From Deltaproteobacteria bacterium (lineage in GTDB: Bacteria; Myxococcota_A; Polyangia; Polyangiales; Houyiibacteriaceae): a stretch of DNA of 64,000 bases. The position numbers were made by a program, and so were the translations under genes. Positions 13,490-23,900 of the stretch are shown here, in pieces. Location: contig JAXMNT010000020.1 in NCBI GenBank assembly GCA_034670305.1, positions 32,001-96,000 of the forward strand. The letters are read 5' to 3'. The notes under the pieces were generated by a model. The model did no database searches and was not told the origin of the DNA. It saw only the letters and a program-made list of their open reading frames with translations. Each line of letters starts with the position of its first letter. Position 1 is the stretch's first letter.

Positions 13490-14197
13490 TCAGCGGCGTG
13501 GGCCGGGGACGTCGTCGATGGGGATCCTCCCGCGCTTCCTCCACCCGACCCGTAGTAACCAGGTCCCAGGTCTCGGCATCCTCGGGGCGCAATCGCCCCG
13601 ATCACGCTTTGCAGGATCGTTGGGCGTCGACTTCCATCCGTCGAAGGCGCTCGCGGTGGAGCACGGATCCACCCAGTGCGAGTCGATCTTCTGACGCGGG
13701 CCCGCGTGTTTGCGGGCGTTGTTCAGTACGTAGCGGAGCGCGTGGCGGACCTGGGTCGGGGTCTTCAACGGCTCGACGTGATAGCGGTCCGGAAACACTT
13801 GTCCGCGTCGGCCGACGTGTTTGTTGAGTCGCCTGGCCAGACGAACAAGCAGGCCCTTCATGCCGCGTTGCAGCGCCGTCGTGCCTTTGCACTCGACGAT
13901 GAGATGCACGTGATTGCTTTGAATCGAGAAGTGAACGATGCGCATGCCGTGGCGCTCGGCGGCCTCTTCCAAGACCGCAAAGCAGACCGCCCGGAGGTCG
14001 CGTCGACGCAGGTTCGGCAGGTCCCTCGCGACCTTGATGGTCACGTGCACCGGGTGCCGGTTCTGAATGGCCGGCCTCCGACGATGAGGCACACCTGCGC
14101 GTTCCCCCTTGGGCTTGCGACCCGCGCCAGCCCGACGACCACCCCACTGGCGGCACTGCAGGTCCAACTGTTTGAGTTTCCGAGCACGACGTGCCAT
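13490..14197 (-). mobile_element. REP-associated tyrosine transposase (RAYT, HUH/Y1 family)
   Basis: PVHVT, NHVHLIV (HUH), FPDRYH, RYVLNN (catalytic Tyr), basic N-terminal GGRRAGAGRKP. Confidence 0.9.
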
Positions 14198-14288
14198 TTG
14201 ACTAGGCTAACATATCACATCTCACCCATCATGCAGACCCTTTTTCGCCAGCGCAGCCACTTTCTCGGCACCGGTGACGCGGGTCGTA

Positions 14289-14352
14289 CGCTGCGCTTCG
14301 TGCCGCCCGCCGGGCAACGAACGGCGGCCCTCCGAACACGGCAGTTCAAGCG
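14289..14352. repeat. Right arm of imperfect inverted repeat flanking the RAYT gene
   Basis: GCCGGGCAACGAACGGCG...CGAACACGGCAGTTCAAGCG. Confidence 0.85.
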
Positions 14353-14581
14353 GTGCAGCAGCATGGTGCATCTGCAAAGAAGCCCCACCGGCGCGCCGCG
14401 CCGTCGGCTGTCACCGCGGAGCCGCTGCAAGCCTGAACCCACCCGCCTTCTTAGCTACACCGCGACCTCGGCGTCCTCTGGCCCCGCAGCAGGTGACGCT
14501 CGGGGCGCTGCGTCCGGGGTTGTCCATCGGGGCGTGTCGAATGTCGCTGCACCGCCGAGACGGTGCTTGGCCGGCTCCGCG

Positions 14582-15778
14582 CTACCAGTCGACGGAGTCG
14601 CCCGCTTGGTGCGCGCGCCAGAGCGGGCTCTGGGCCCGCAGCCGATTCACCACTTCGATCGTGACCTCGGCGGCGCGATCGATCTCTGCTTCGGTGGTCG
14701 ACCGGCCGAGCCCGAATCGGATCGATTGGGACGCGCGCTCCGCGTCCATGCCCATCGCCCGCAGCACGTAGCTCGGTTCGATGCTGGCGCTCGTACACGC
14801 CGCGCCGCTCGAGACAGCGAGCTCCTTCGCGAGCTGCAGCTGCAACCCTTCGCCTTCCACGAACCCGAACGCGACGTTGAGGTTGCCTGGGTGTCGGCCT
14901 GCATCGAGCGCGGGTCCGTTCCGCTGGACCTCCGGGAGCGACTGGAGTGACTTCCACAGCCGGGCCCGCAACACTTGCAGACGGCTGGACTCGGCTGGGC
15001 CCTCGGTGCGCTGCAGCTCCGCCGCCGCGCCGAACCCCACGATGCCCGGCACGTTCAGTGTGCCCGAACGATGGCCGCGTTCGTGCCCGCCGCCATCCAT
15101 CTCCGCGATCAGCCGCACCCGCGGTTCGTCGCCGCGCACCCAGAGCGCACCGACGCCCTTGGGGCCGTAAATCTTGTGCGCGTTCAGGCTGACCAGATCC
15201 ACCGGCAGAGCCCGGACATCGAAGGGCACATAACCGAGTCCCTGCGCCGCATCGCAATGCATCCAAGCACCCACCCGGTGCGCGATTGCACCAAGCGTCT
15301 CGATCGGCTGCACGGTGCCGACTTCGTTGTTGGTCAACATGACGCTGACCAGCGCCGTGCGTTCATCGACGACGGCCTCGAGCGCCGCGGGATCCACCCG
15401 CCCCTCGCCGTCGACCGGAAGCCGCGTCACCCGAATGCCTTCGCGCTCGAGCCGGGTCGCCGAGTCCAGCACCGCCTTGTGTTCGGTCGCCTGCACGACC
15501 AAGTGGTCGCGCCCAGATGATCGTCGGTGGTGCAGCACGCCCTTGAGCGCGAGGTTGTCGCTCTCGGTCGCCCCCGAGGTGATCACGATCTCACTGGCGC
15601 GCCCGTTCACGAGCGCCGCGATCTGCGCCCGCCCCGTCGCCACCGCCTCCGACGCCCGGTGCCCAAACGCGTGACCGCGACTCGCCGCGTTCCCGAACAC
15701 CTCGGAGAAATACGGAAGCATGATCTCCAGCACGCGCGGATCGACCGGCGTGGTCGCATGGTGGTCGAGGTAGATCAT
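14582..15778 (-). CDS. iscS: IscS/NifS-type cysteine desulfurase
   Basis: MIYLDHHATTP, SGATESDN, NNEVG, AHKIYGPKG, SSGAACTS. Confidence 0.92.
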   Translation of the reverse strand: MIYLDHHATTPVDPRVLEIMLPYFSEVFGNAASRGHAFGHRASEAVATGRAQIAALVNGRASEIVITSGATESDNLALKGVLHHRRSSGRDHLVVQATEHKAVLDSATRLEREGIRVTRLPVDGEGRVDPAALEAVVDERTALVSVMLTNNEVGTVQPIETLGAIAHRVGAWMHCDAAQGLGYVPFDVRALPVDLVSLNAHKIYGPKGVGALWVRGDEPRVRLIAEMDGGGHERGHRSGTLNVPGIVGFGAAAELQRTEGPAESSRLQVLRARLWKSLQSLPEVQRNGPALDAGRHPGNLNVAFGFVEGEGLQLQLAKELAVSSGAACTSASIEPSYVLRAMGMDAERASQSIRFGLGRSTTEAEIDRAAEVTIEVVNRLRAQSPLWRAHQAGDSVDW

Positions 15779-15975
15779 CGGGGCACCCTCACCTTGGCGC
15801 CGCGCGGCCGCAAGCGCCACGGACAACAGGCATCGGCCTGAACTCGGCTTCGACTTCCGCGGTTCGATGGTGAGCCCCTGCTCGCTGTTCTCGTCGCCCG
15901 GGTCGAAGTCGACTCGACCCCGTTCGAGTCGGGCGCCGCGACTTGCCACTTCCGGCGGACCGTCCATCTTGGGAC

Positions 15976-16458
15976 GTGGCCGATTATCTCACGGGCTATC
16001 CGGAGGCGCTTCGCGAGCGCGCCCGCGCACTGAAGGCGAGCGGTCAGCTCGAAGAGCACATCCTGAGGCACTACCCGGGGCGACACTCGATCTCCAACAG
16101 CACCGCCCTGTACAAGTTCGCACAGGAGCTCAAACGTGCGTACCTCCGCTCGTCCCCCCCGCTGGCGAAGGTCTGCTACGACGACAAGATCAGCACGCTT
16201 CATCGAGCGCTGGGCCTTCACACCTACGCCGTGCGGGTACAGGGCGCCAAGCTCAAATCGCGCAACGAGATCCGAGTCGCGAGTCTGTTCAAAGGGCTCG
16301 CGCCCGAGTTTCTGCGCATGGTCGTCGTTCACGAGTTGGCCCATCTGCGCCACAAAGCACACGACAAAGCTTTCTATGGGTTGTGCAAGCACATGGAGCC
16401 CGAGTACGCCCGCTACGAGATGGACTTGAGGCTGCTTCTGTACGCTCGCGAAGCGTAG
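15976..16458 (+). CDS. ygjP: YgjP-like (DUF45) metal-dependent hydrolase
   Basis: YLTGYP, ALGLHT, RVQGAKLK, VVHELAHL..H.KAFY.LC.HMEP. Confidence 0.85.
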   Translation: MADYLTGYPEALRERARALKASGQLEEHILRHYPGRHSISNSTALYKFAQELKRAYLRSSPPLAKVCYDDKISTLHRALGLHTYAVRVQGAKLKSRNEIRVASLFKGLAPEFLRMVVVHELAHLRHKAHDKAFYGLCKHMEPEYARYEMDLRLLLYAREA

Positions 16459-16582
16459 AGACCTGCAGCCCGATCTCGATCTGATCTCCGAACGCCGAGA
16501 CCAGTTCGGCCACGACACCTTGTCTGGGGATCCAGCTCTCGGGTGCTGAACGCATCGCGCGCTCTCGCAGCGTCGGCTGACC

Positions 16583-17203
16583 CTAGCGCCGCACGCAGTC
16601 TCCGGTGAACGTTCGGCGCGTCCCGCCCTCCACCATCTCGAAGTCGGTCACTTGGAGATCGCTCAAGTCGCGTGGCCCGATCAATTCGTCTGCACCCGCG
16701 TGGGCGGTGAGCGCGATCTGTCCGGCGTCCGCGAGGATCATGCCGTAGCGCTGGAGCCCGCGGGCGACCGTCCGCGCCGCGTCGTTCGGAAGCGACTCGA
16801 GCGGGTAGTCTGCGCGCAGCCGAAGCCGCGCGCCGTATGGGGGCGCCTCCGCGTCGCCGCCGGTCGCACCGGTACTGTGGGTGGCGGGCGCGACGTAGAC
16901 GCGGTTTCGGATGCGCGCGTTCGGGAGAATGAAGCGGATGGCGTGGGCGATCTCGCCGGCCTCCAGCTCTTCCCGGGTGAAGAGCAGGGGCGTGATCGGC
17001 AGACCGGCCGCGTCGGCGCTCGTGCAGTCGACGCCGCGGCCCTCGTCGCCGTAGTCGCGGCTCAGATCCCACACCGCGAGGCAGCCGCCGCGGAACGTGT
17101 CGCGAATGTCCGCGCGCCACATCTCGTACAAGCGCTCGGCGGGACCATCGGCGTCGGCCTCTGCATCGGCTTCGGCCTCGGCATCCGTTTTGGCTTCCAC
17201 CAC
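16583..17203 (-). pseudogene. Probable 5'-truncated conserved hypothetical gene with a DAEAEA repeat N-terminus
   Basis: LYEMWRA, TSADAAGLP, HAIRF, PPYGARLRL, LQRYGMILAD look like the C-terminal half of a longer exported family; no signal peptide. Confidence 0.55.
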
Positions 17204-17241
17204 ATCGGGACGTGCCCGGCTGGGTTTGTTAGCGTGCGGGC

Positions 17242-17841
17242 ATGAGTCGCAGTTCGGATGGGTGGCGTGTGAATCGATGGGCCTTCCTCGTGTGCCTCGC
17301 AGGCATCGGGATCACGGGGTGCACGGGCCCCGCCGACTCGGACAGCGCCGAGGACCCGAACGAAGGCGGCAGCGAAGCGGAGCTCGAGGGACCGAGCCGC
17401 GCAGACCGAGAGACCGAGTTCAACGTGGACCCGCCCCCCTCGAACGAGGATCCGAGCGAACCGCGACTCGAACTCTCTCGCAGCGACGATCCCTGGGGCA
17501 ACGACGGCCAGGGCGAATGGGTGCGCGCCACCGCACCGATGCGCTTCGATGTGCGTCAGGCCGACGGCTGGCCCGGCCGGGCGCTCGACCCGGTGCTCCA
17601 CGTCGGGGACCTGCGCCTGACCAAGTACGACTTCATCGGCATCGACGTGCTTCGGTTCGTGCTCGCGGACGTGGCGGTGGTCCCGTCGGGTGCGCCGGTC
17701 GCGCTGCAATGGGGCGACGACGCGACCACGCGCGTGGAACTGTCCGACGCGATGACGGTGCCGCAAGCCCCGCCCGAACCGGACCCCGTCGCGCCCACCG
17801 CCCCGGTCCGCAACCAAACCACCGGGACCATGGCGCCATGA
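17242..17841 (+). CDS. Lipoprotein of unknown function
   Basis: ITGC lipobox; stop overlaps next start (ATGA). Confidence 0.75.
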   Translation: MSRSSDGWRVNRWAFLVCLAGIGITGCTGPADSDSAEDPNEGGSEAELEGPSRADRETEFNVDPPPSNEDPSEPRLELSRSDDPWGNDGQGEWVRATAPMRFDVRQADGWPGRALDPVLHVGDLRLTKYDFIGIDVLRFVLADVAVVPSGAPVALQWGDDATTRVELSDAMTVPQAPPEPDPVAPTAPVRNQTTGTMAP

Positions 17842-20405
17842 GCCGGTTCACGCTCTGCGTCGCGATGGCGTCGTGTCTTGGGCTCATCGCATGCGGCGAC
17901 GACGACACCCCGCCCATCGAATGTGGCGAGACCGACCTGCCGGTGATCGCCTGCGAAGACGTCGAGCTCGGGTGCATCGACGAAGCTGGCGTCCCGGTCC
18001 CGCCCCTGTCCGCGATGGCGAACGCCTGTGGAGGGGGCGCGGTCGAGGTCACCTGCTCGACCGAGGCGGAGACCATCCTGCCCGGCACCACCGAGGCCAC
18101 CTGCGTCGCGCGCAACACCGCGGGCGAAGCACGCTGCACCATGGAGATTCGCGCCAGCGCGCCTGGTCGCCTGGCGTGCAGCGACACGATCCGGACGGCG
18201 TGTGCAGCGGAGACGACTTCGGTCGACGTGCCCGCCCCGGTCGTCGACGAAGCGTGCACCGACCTCGGTGGCGACTTGGTCAGCGACGCACCCGCCGCGT
18301 TCCCGGTCGGCACCACCACCGTGACCTTCTCCGCACCGGCCGGACCGAGCTGCAGCGTGGAGGTCGTGGTCGCGGACGACGCCCCGCCGGTGCTCACCTG
18401 TCCGGCAGACGCCACGCTCGTGGCGACCGCCCCCGACACCGACCTCCCCCTCCCCGCCGCAAGCGCCACCGATGGGTGCGACCCGGCGCCGTCGGTCACG
18501 CACGACTTCGAAGGCGCGGTCATCGAGCGCGGCGTCACCGAAGTCACGTACACCGCCACCGACGCCAGCGGTCACGCGACCTCGTGCAGCAGCACGTTCG
18601 AACGCCGCGACGCCTACAGCCCGTTCCTTCGGCTGCTGAGCGCGACCTGGAACGTGGCGGCCGAGAGCACCGACCTGACCATCGGCTGGGACACGCCGAA
18701 CAGCGGGGCCGGTGGCGACACGAGCGGTTACGCGATCGAGCGGGGCGCGTCGGCCGATGGACCCTGGAGCCGCCTCGCAGAGGTCGGTCGACGGGTGCGC
18801 ACCTACCTCGATGCCGACGTGACGATCGCACACCCGCACTACCGGGTGGTCGCACTCGCCGACGAACTCGACGGCGGGCCCAGCAACGTGGTGCAGGCCC
18901 ACCGCATCGAAGGGGACACCTACGATGTGCGCGACCAGACCGTGCCCACGATCCCGTTCGCCACCACGCTCTACGGCGCCGTGCGTTACCCGGCGGACCT
19001 CGGCGCGGGGCCCTACCCGCTCGTCGTCCTGATGCATGGCAACCATGGTATCTGCCGGCGCACGCCCACCGACGATCGCGACGCCTGCGCCGACTCGCGG
19101 GACCACGAGTGTCCTCAGCCCGGCTGGTTCACCACCCCCAACGCCGAAGGGCTCGCCTACCTCGCCGAGACCGTCGCCGCGATGGGCTACGTCGCGGTCT
19201 CGATCAGCGGCAACGCCGTCAACTGCCGGGACACCTGGATCGGGGAACGTGCGCAGCTCATCCGCAGCCACCTCGACCGCTGGCGCCGGTACGCCAGCTC
19301 GGGCGCAGCGCCGTTCTCGACCCGGTTCGCGGGCGCGGTGGATCTCTCGCGGGTGGCGCTCTTCGGCCACTCGCGGGGCGGCGAAGCGGTCGCGACCGTG
19401 CCCTCCGTGCTGCGCAGCACACCCGTCGCCGGCGTGTCGCTCGCCTCGGTGTTCTCGCTCGCACCGACCGACTACGACATGCCCACCCCGACCGACGTGC
19501 CCTACGCCGTGCTGCTTCCGGGCTGCGATGGAGACGTTCGGTTTCTTGTCGGCACCGACATCTACGACCGGGTCGTCGCGGCCGACCACCCCGGGCCGCA
19601 CGCCCAGCTTCTGTTCGTCGGCGCCAACCACAACTTCTTCAGCACCGAGTGGCGCATCGACGACAACGACGGCTCGGCCTGCGATCCTTCGCTCGAAGTC
19701 GGCGCGCCGGCACAACGCGGCGCGCTCGAGGGCGTCTTCGGCAGCTGGCTCGCCACCACCGTTCCGTCCGGCGGCACATCGATCGCGGCCGAGCCGTTCA
19801 TGCGCAACGAGAACGACCCACCCGAGAGCATCGCGACCTGGGCCGGCACCGAGCTCGACTGGCGGTGGTCCTTCGTTGCAGACCGGCAACGCATCGACGA
19901 GTTCGAAGGCGCCGGCACGCCGGACCGCAACCTGCTCGGGGGCGCGAACACCTTCGAAGGGTTCGACGAAGCGAGCCGCTGCTACGACAACGCCTGCGGG
20001 ACGCGTTACCCGCACGAGAAGGGTGCAATGCACCTCGACTGGTCGACCGGCCGCCCGATCGCGTCCTTCGAACTCGGCGGGCTCGACACCACCGGCCGCG
20101 ACTATGTGTCGATGCGCGTCGTCTCCCGCCGCTCGGGGCTCAACGCCGGACTCGACGAACAACGGTTCCTCGTCCGGCTCGTCGACAGCGCTGGTGGACG
20201 CGCCCAGGTCCGGTCCCAGTCGTGGGCGTACCTCCCACACCTCTTCCCGGCCCGCGACCCGCTCGAGATCTTCCAGACCCTCCGCATCCCCACCGCGGCT
20301 TTCGACGTCGACCTGGCCTCGGTGGACCGGCTCGAAGTCGAGATGGGCGTCGGCGGGTTCACCGAAGGTTCCCTCCTGGTCAGCGACCTGGCGCTGTCGG
20401 ACTGA
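17838..20405 (+). CDS. Lipoprotein with HYR-like repeats, FN3-like region and alpha/beta hydrolase domain
   Basis: LIAC lipobox, FPVGTTTVTF and VTYTATDASG (HYR-like), MHGNH, GHSRGG, GANHNFF. Confidence 0.85.
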   Translation: MSRFTLCVAMASCLGLIACGDDDTPPIECGETDLPVIACEDVELGCIDEAGVPVPPLSAMANACGGGAVEVTCSTEAETILPGTTEATCVARNTAGEARCTMEIRASAPGRLACSDTIRTACAAETTSVDVPAPVVDEACTDLGGDLVSDAPAAFPVGTTTVTFSAPAGPSCSVEVVVADDAPPVLTCPADATLVATAPDTDLPLPAASATDGCDPAPSVTHDFEGAVIERGVTEVTYTATDASGHATSCSSTFERRDAYSPFLRLLSATWNVAAESTDLTIGWDTPNSGAGGDTSGYAIERGASADGPWSRLAEVGRRVRTYLDADVTIAHPHYRVVALADELDGGPSNVVQAHRIEGDTYDVRDQTVPTIPFATTLYGAVRYPADLGAGPYPLVVLMHGNHGICRRTPTDDRDACADSRDHECPQPGWFTTPNAEGLAYLAETVAAMGYVAVSISGNAVNCRDTWIGERAQLIRSHLDRWRRYASSGAAPFSTRFAGAVDLSRVALFGHSRGGEAVATVPSVLRSTPVAGVSLASVFSLAPTDYDMPTPTDVPYAVLLPGCDGDVRFLVGTDIYDRVVAADHPGPHAQLLFVGANHNFFSTEWRIDDNDGSACDPSLEVGAPAQRGALEGVFGSWLATTVPSGGTSIAAEPFMRNENDPPESIATWAGTELDWRWSFVADRQRIDEFEGAGTPDRNLLGGANTFEGFDEASRCYDNACGTRYPHEKGAMHLDWSTGRPIASFELGGLDTTGRDYVSMRVVSRRSGLNAGLDEQRFLVRLVDSAGGRAQVRSQSWAYLPHLFPARDPLEIFQTLRIPTAAFDVDLASVDRLEVEMGVGGFTEGSLLVSDLALSD

Positions 20406-20509
20406 AGACACCGTCTGCGCTAGCGTTGCCCTGCCCCGTCTCTCCCTCCCAAGACGGGCCTGAGTTCACTGGGGTGGACGTCGCAGCCCGGGGGCTTTAC
20501 ACCCTGGGT

Positions 20510-20878
20510 ATGCCCGCGTTCGAGATCTCGACTGAAGCTCCCGTCATCACCATCACGCCGCGCGCCGTCGAGATGGGCAAGCGGCAGCTCCAGGAAGCGG
20601 CGGGCAAAGCGGAAGAGGAGATCCTCGGCCTTCGGCTCGGCGTCAAAGGCGGCGGTTGCTCCGGCTATTACTACGTGTTCGAGCCCGCCACGAAGCAGGG
20701 CAAACGCGATCTCGTCTGGGATTACGATGGGCTCGTGGTCTTCGTGGACAACCGAAGCCTGAAGTTCCTGGAAGGCGCCACGCTCGACTGGGAGCAGAAG
20801 CTGCTCGGGTACGGGTTCAAGTGGGAGAACCCGCTGGCCAAGGGCGACTGCGGCTGCGGCATGAGCTTCAACGCGTAA
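20510..20878 (+). CDS. A-type Fe-S carrier (IscA/SufA/HesB family)
   Basis: GVKGGGCSG and CGCGMSF. Confidence 0.93.
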   Translation: MPAFEISTEAPVITITPRAVEMGKRQLQEAAGKAEEEILGLRLGVKGGGCSGYYYVFEPATKQGKRDLVWDYDGLVVFVDNRSLKFLEGATLDWEQKLLGYGFKWENPLAKGDCGCGMSFNA

Positions 20879-20987
20879 CCTGCGGGCCATGTCGGAGGCC
20901 CGGGACGTCTTTGGCTTCTGTGGGCCCAGCCGTGCGTCGTCGAACGCCTAGAGTTCCGAAGCCACTCCGCGCTACAGTGCCCCGCTG

Positions 20988-23900
20988 ATGGCGGATCCCG
21001 AACAGCCAGACGAGACCAAGCTCGAGCGGACGAAGCCGTCGAGCATCGACCGGGCGAAACGGAGCGAAGCGGAGCGGGCGGTACCCGAGGAGGAAGCGGG
21101 CCCCGACGCGACTGTCGATCAGCCGCGCATCCCTCCGGGCAAGCAGCAACCCGGCATGCTCGTCTCCGAGCGGGTCCGGCTCGACCGGCCACTCGGCAGC
21201 GGCGGCATGGCCGACGTGTGGGTGGCCGAACATCTGACCCTGGGCACTTCGGTCGCGGTGAAGTTCTTGCGCGCGACCCACGACGAGTCGTTGCGCGACC
21301 GGTTCACCCGGGAAGCGCAACTCGCCGCCCGCATCGATCACCCCCACGCAGTGCGGGTCTTCGACCACGGCGTCACGAGCGACGGCACGCCGTACATGGT
21401 GATGGAGTACGTCGAAGGCGAGTCGCTCGCCCAGCGGATCCGACGCATGGGCGCGCTGCCGCCCGCCGAGGTCGGCCGACTCGTCGACCAGGTCGGCCAA
21501 GTCCTTCGCGACGCGCACGAGCGCGGCATCATCCACCGCGACATCAAACCCCACAACATCATGGTGCTCGAGCGCGAGCCGCTCTACTGCAAGGTGCTCG
21601 ACTTCGGGCTCGCGAAGACGCTCACCGAAGATGAGACGCTGACGCAGGCGGGCTGGGTACTCGGCACGCCCGCGTACATGGCGCCCGAACAGCTGGTCGA
21701 CGCCAAACCACCCACGAAGAAGAGCGATGCGTGGGGGCTGAGCATCGTTGCGTACGAAGCACTGGTTGGACACCGTCCGTTCCGCGGACACCACCAGGCG
21801 GCCCTCGGCCTCGGCATGCTCGTCCAGCGTTTCGATCCGGTCAGCCAGGCCCGCCCCGGGCTGCCAGAGGCACTCGACGAGTGGTTCCTCAAAGCGCTGG
21901 CCGTGGATCCCGACCACCGCTTCCCGACCGTCGAAGCGCTCACCCGCACGTTCCTGGCCGCGCTCGAAGACGCGAGCGACCAACCCCGTTCCCGGCTCGG
22001 CGCGGATGGCCGGATCCGGATCCCGAACCGGCTCTACGGCCGGGCCACCGAGATCCAGACCGTCTCGGATGCCTACGCTCGGGTGGCCGCGGGCGAATCG
22101 AGGCTCGTGCTCTTCGAAGGGTACGCGGGGGTCGGCAAGACCGCGTTGGCCGAAGAAGCCCGCCGCCTCTGCGCCGCCCAGGGCGCGATTTTCGTCGACG
22201 GAAAGTTCGATCAGTTCAACCGCGGCGCCCCGTACGAGAGCTTGCTGCAGGCGCTTGGCAAACTGGTCCGTTACATCGGCACCCAGAGCCACAGTTCGCT
22301 GGAAGGGTGGCAGGCGCGTCTGCGCGAGGCGCTCGGCGAGGTCGGCCATGTGCTGACCGATCTGATCCCGGAGCTCGAAGACATCATCGGACGGCAGAGC
22401 GAACTGCTCGAGACCTCGCCGGCCGAAGCACGCAACCGCTTCCAGAATGCGGTCGCCCGGTTGATGCGCGGGGTCGCGACCGCGGAACGCCCGTTGGTCC
22501 TCTTCATGGACGACCTCCAGTGGGCCGACCTGCCCACGATCGATCTTCTGGGAAGCCTCGCGCTCAGTCCCGACGAACATCCGCACGTGCTGGTGCTGGG
22601 CGCGTACCGCAGCAACGAGGTCAAAGAAGGGCACCCGCTCGACAGCTGCATCGCGGGGTTGCGCCAGGCCGACGCCGCCCTGGACGAAGTGTCGCTCGGT
22701 CCGCTCGGGGAAGATGCCGTGCTCGAGCTGCTGACGGACGCGCTCGGAAGCGTGCCAGGCCGGGTTCGACTCGCGGTCCTCTGCCACGAGAAGACCCAGG
22801 GCAATCCGTTCTTCCTCAAGCGGTTCCTCGAAGCCCTCCACGAAGAGCGGCTGCTCGAGTTCGACGAGTCGCGCGACGCCTGGACCTGGCAACAGAGCAG
22901 GATCCACTCACGGCCGGTCGGAGAAGACGTCGTCGCGTTCATCGCGGCCGAGATGGGCCGACTGCCTGAGTCGGCGCGCGAGGCACTGGCGCTGGCCGCG
23001 TGCATCGGGGGTCAGTTCGATCTGGGCACACTCTCGCATCTGATGAAGATCGATCGCCGACGCACCCTCGAGTGCCTGCGGCCCGTGCTGGCCGCGGACT
23101 TCATTCTTCCAGCGTCCGACGAAGTCTTCTCCGCGACCGAAGACGTCGGCCCACGGCGGGTCGCGTTCCGATTCGCACACGACCGCATCCAGCAGGCGGC
23201 GCACTCACTCTTCTCCACCGACCGCGCGGCGGAAGTGCATCTCGCCGTGGCCCATTTCCTCCTCGAGCACCTCGACGAGAGCGAACGGGAAGCGCGGCTC
23301 TTCGAGCTCGTCGAGCACCTCAACCAGAGCGCCGACATCCGGCCCGCCCTCGTCGGCGACACGCCGCAGCTCCGCTCGCTCAACCTCACCGCCGCCCGTC
23401 GGGCGACCCGGTCGGCCGCGTTCGAGCCCGCGGGTGCGTACTACGAGAAGGCGCGCGCGCTCGTCGACAGCGAGCACTGGGAGAGCGACTACGAACAAGC
23501 GCTGGCGATTCACGTCGAAGGCGCGCGCGCGGCGTACTTCAACGGCGACCGCGAGCGCATGAACGAGCTCGTCGACGCCGCCGTGGCCCACGCGCGCACC
23601 ACGCTCGATGCGGTCGAAGCGCGCGAGGTGAAGATCCACGCGCTGATCGCAGAACAACGGTTCGACGAGGCGGTCTCACTCGCGCTCGAGGTGCTCGGGC
23701 AGCTGGGCATCGACCTTCCGAGAACGCCAGGGCCGGACGACGTCGGGGCGGTGGTGGGCGCGACGATCGGCGCGCTGCAGGCCACCTCCGCCGAGAAGAT
23801 CAGTGCGCTGCCAGACGCGTCCGACCCGACCGTCGTCGCCGCCCAGCGCATCAAGCAGGGCGTCATGTCTGCGGCGTACCTGACCGCCCCGAATCTCCTG

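Noticed and set aside
14353-14581. Missing 5' half of the IS5 beyond the RAYT
   Set aside because: No convincing transposase sequence or second terminal repeat found by eye.
17873-20509. 1001-aa ORF ending in an IscA domain
   Set aside because: Arg-rich alternative frame of the hydrolase gene; the carrier starts at 20510.
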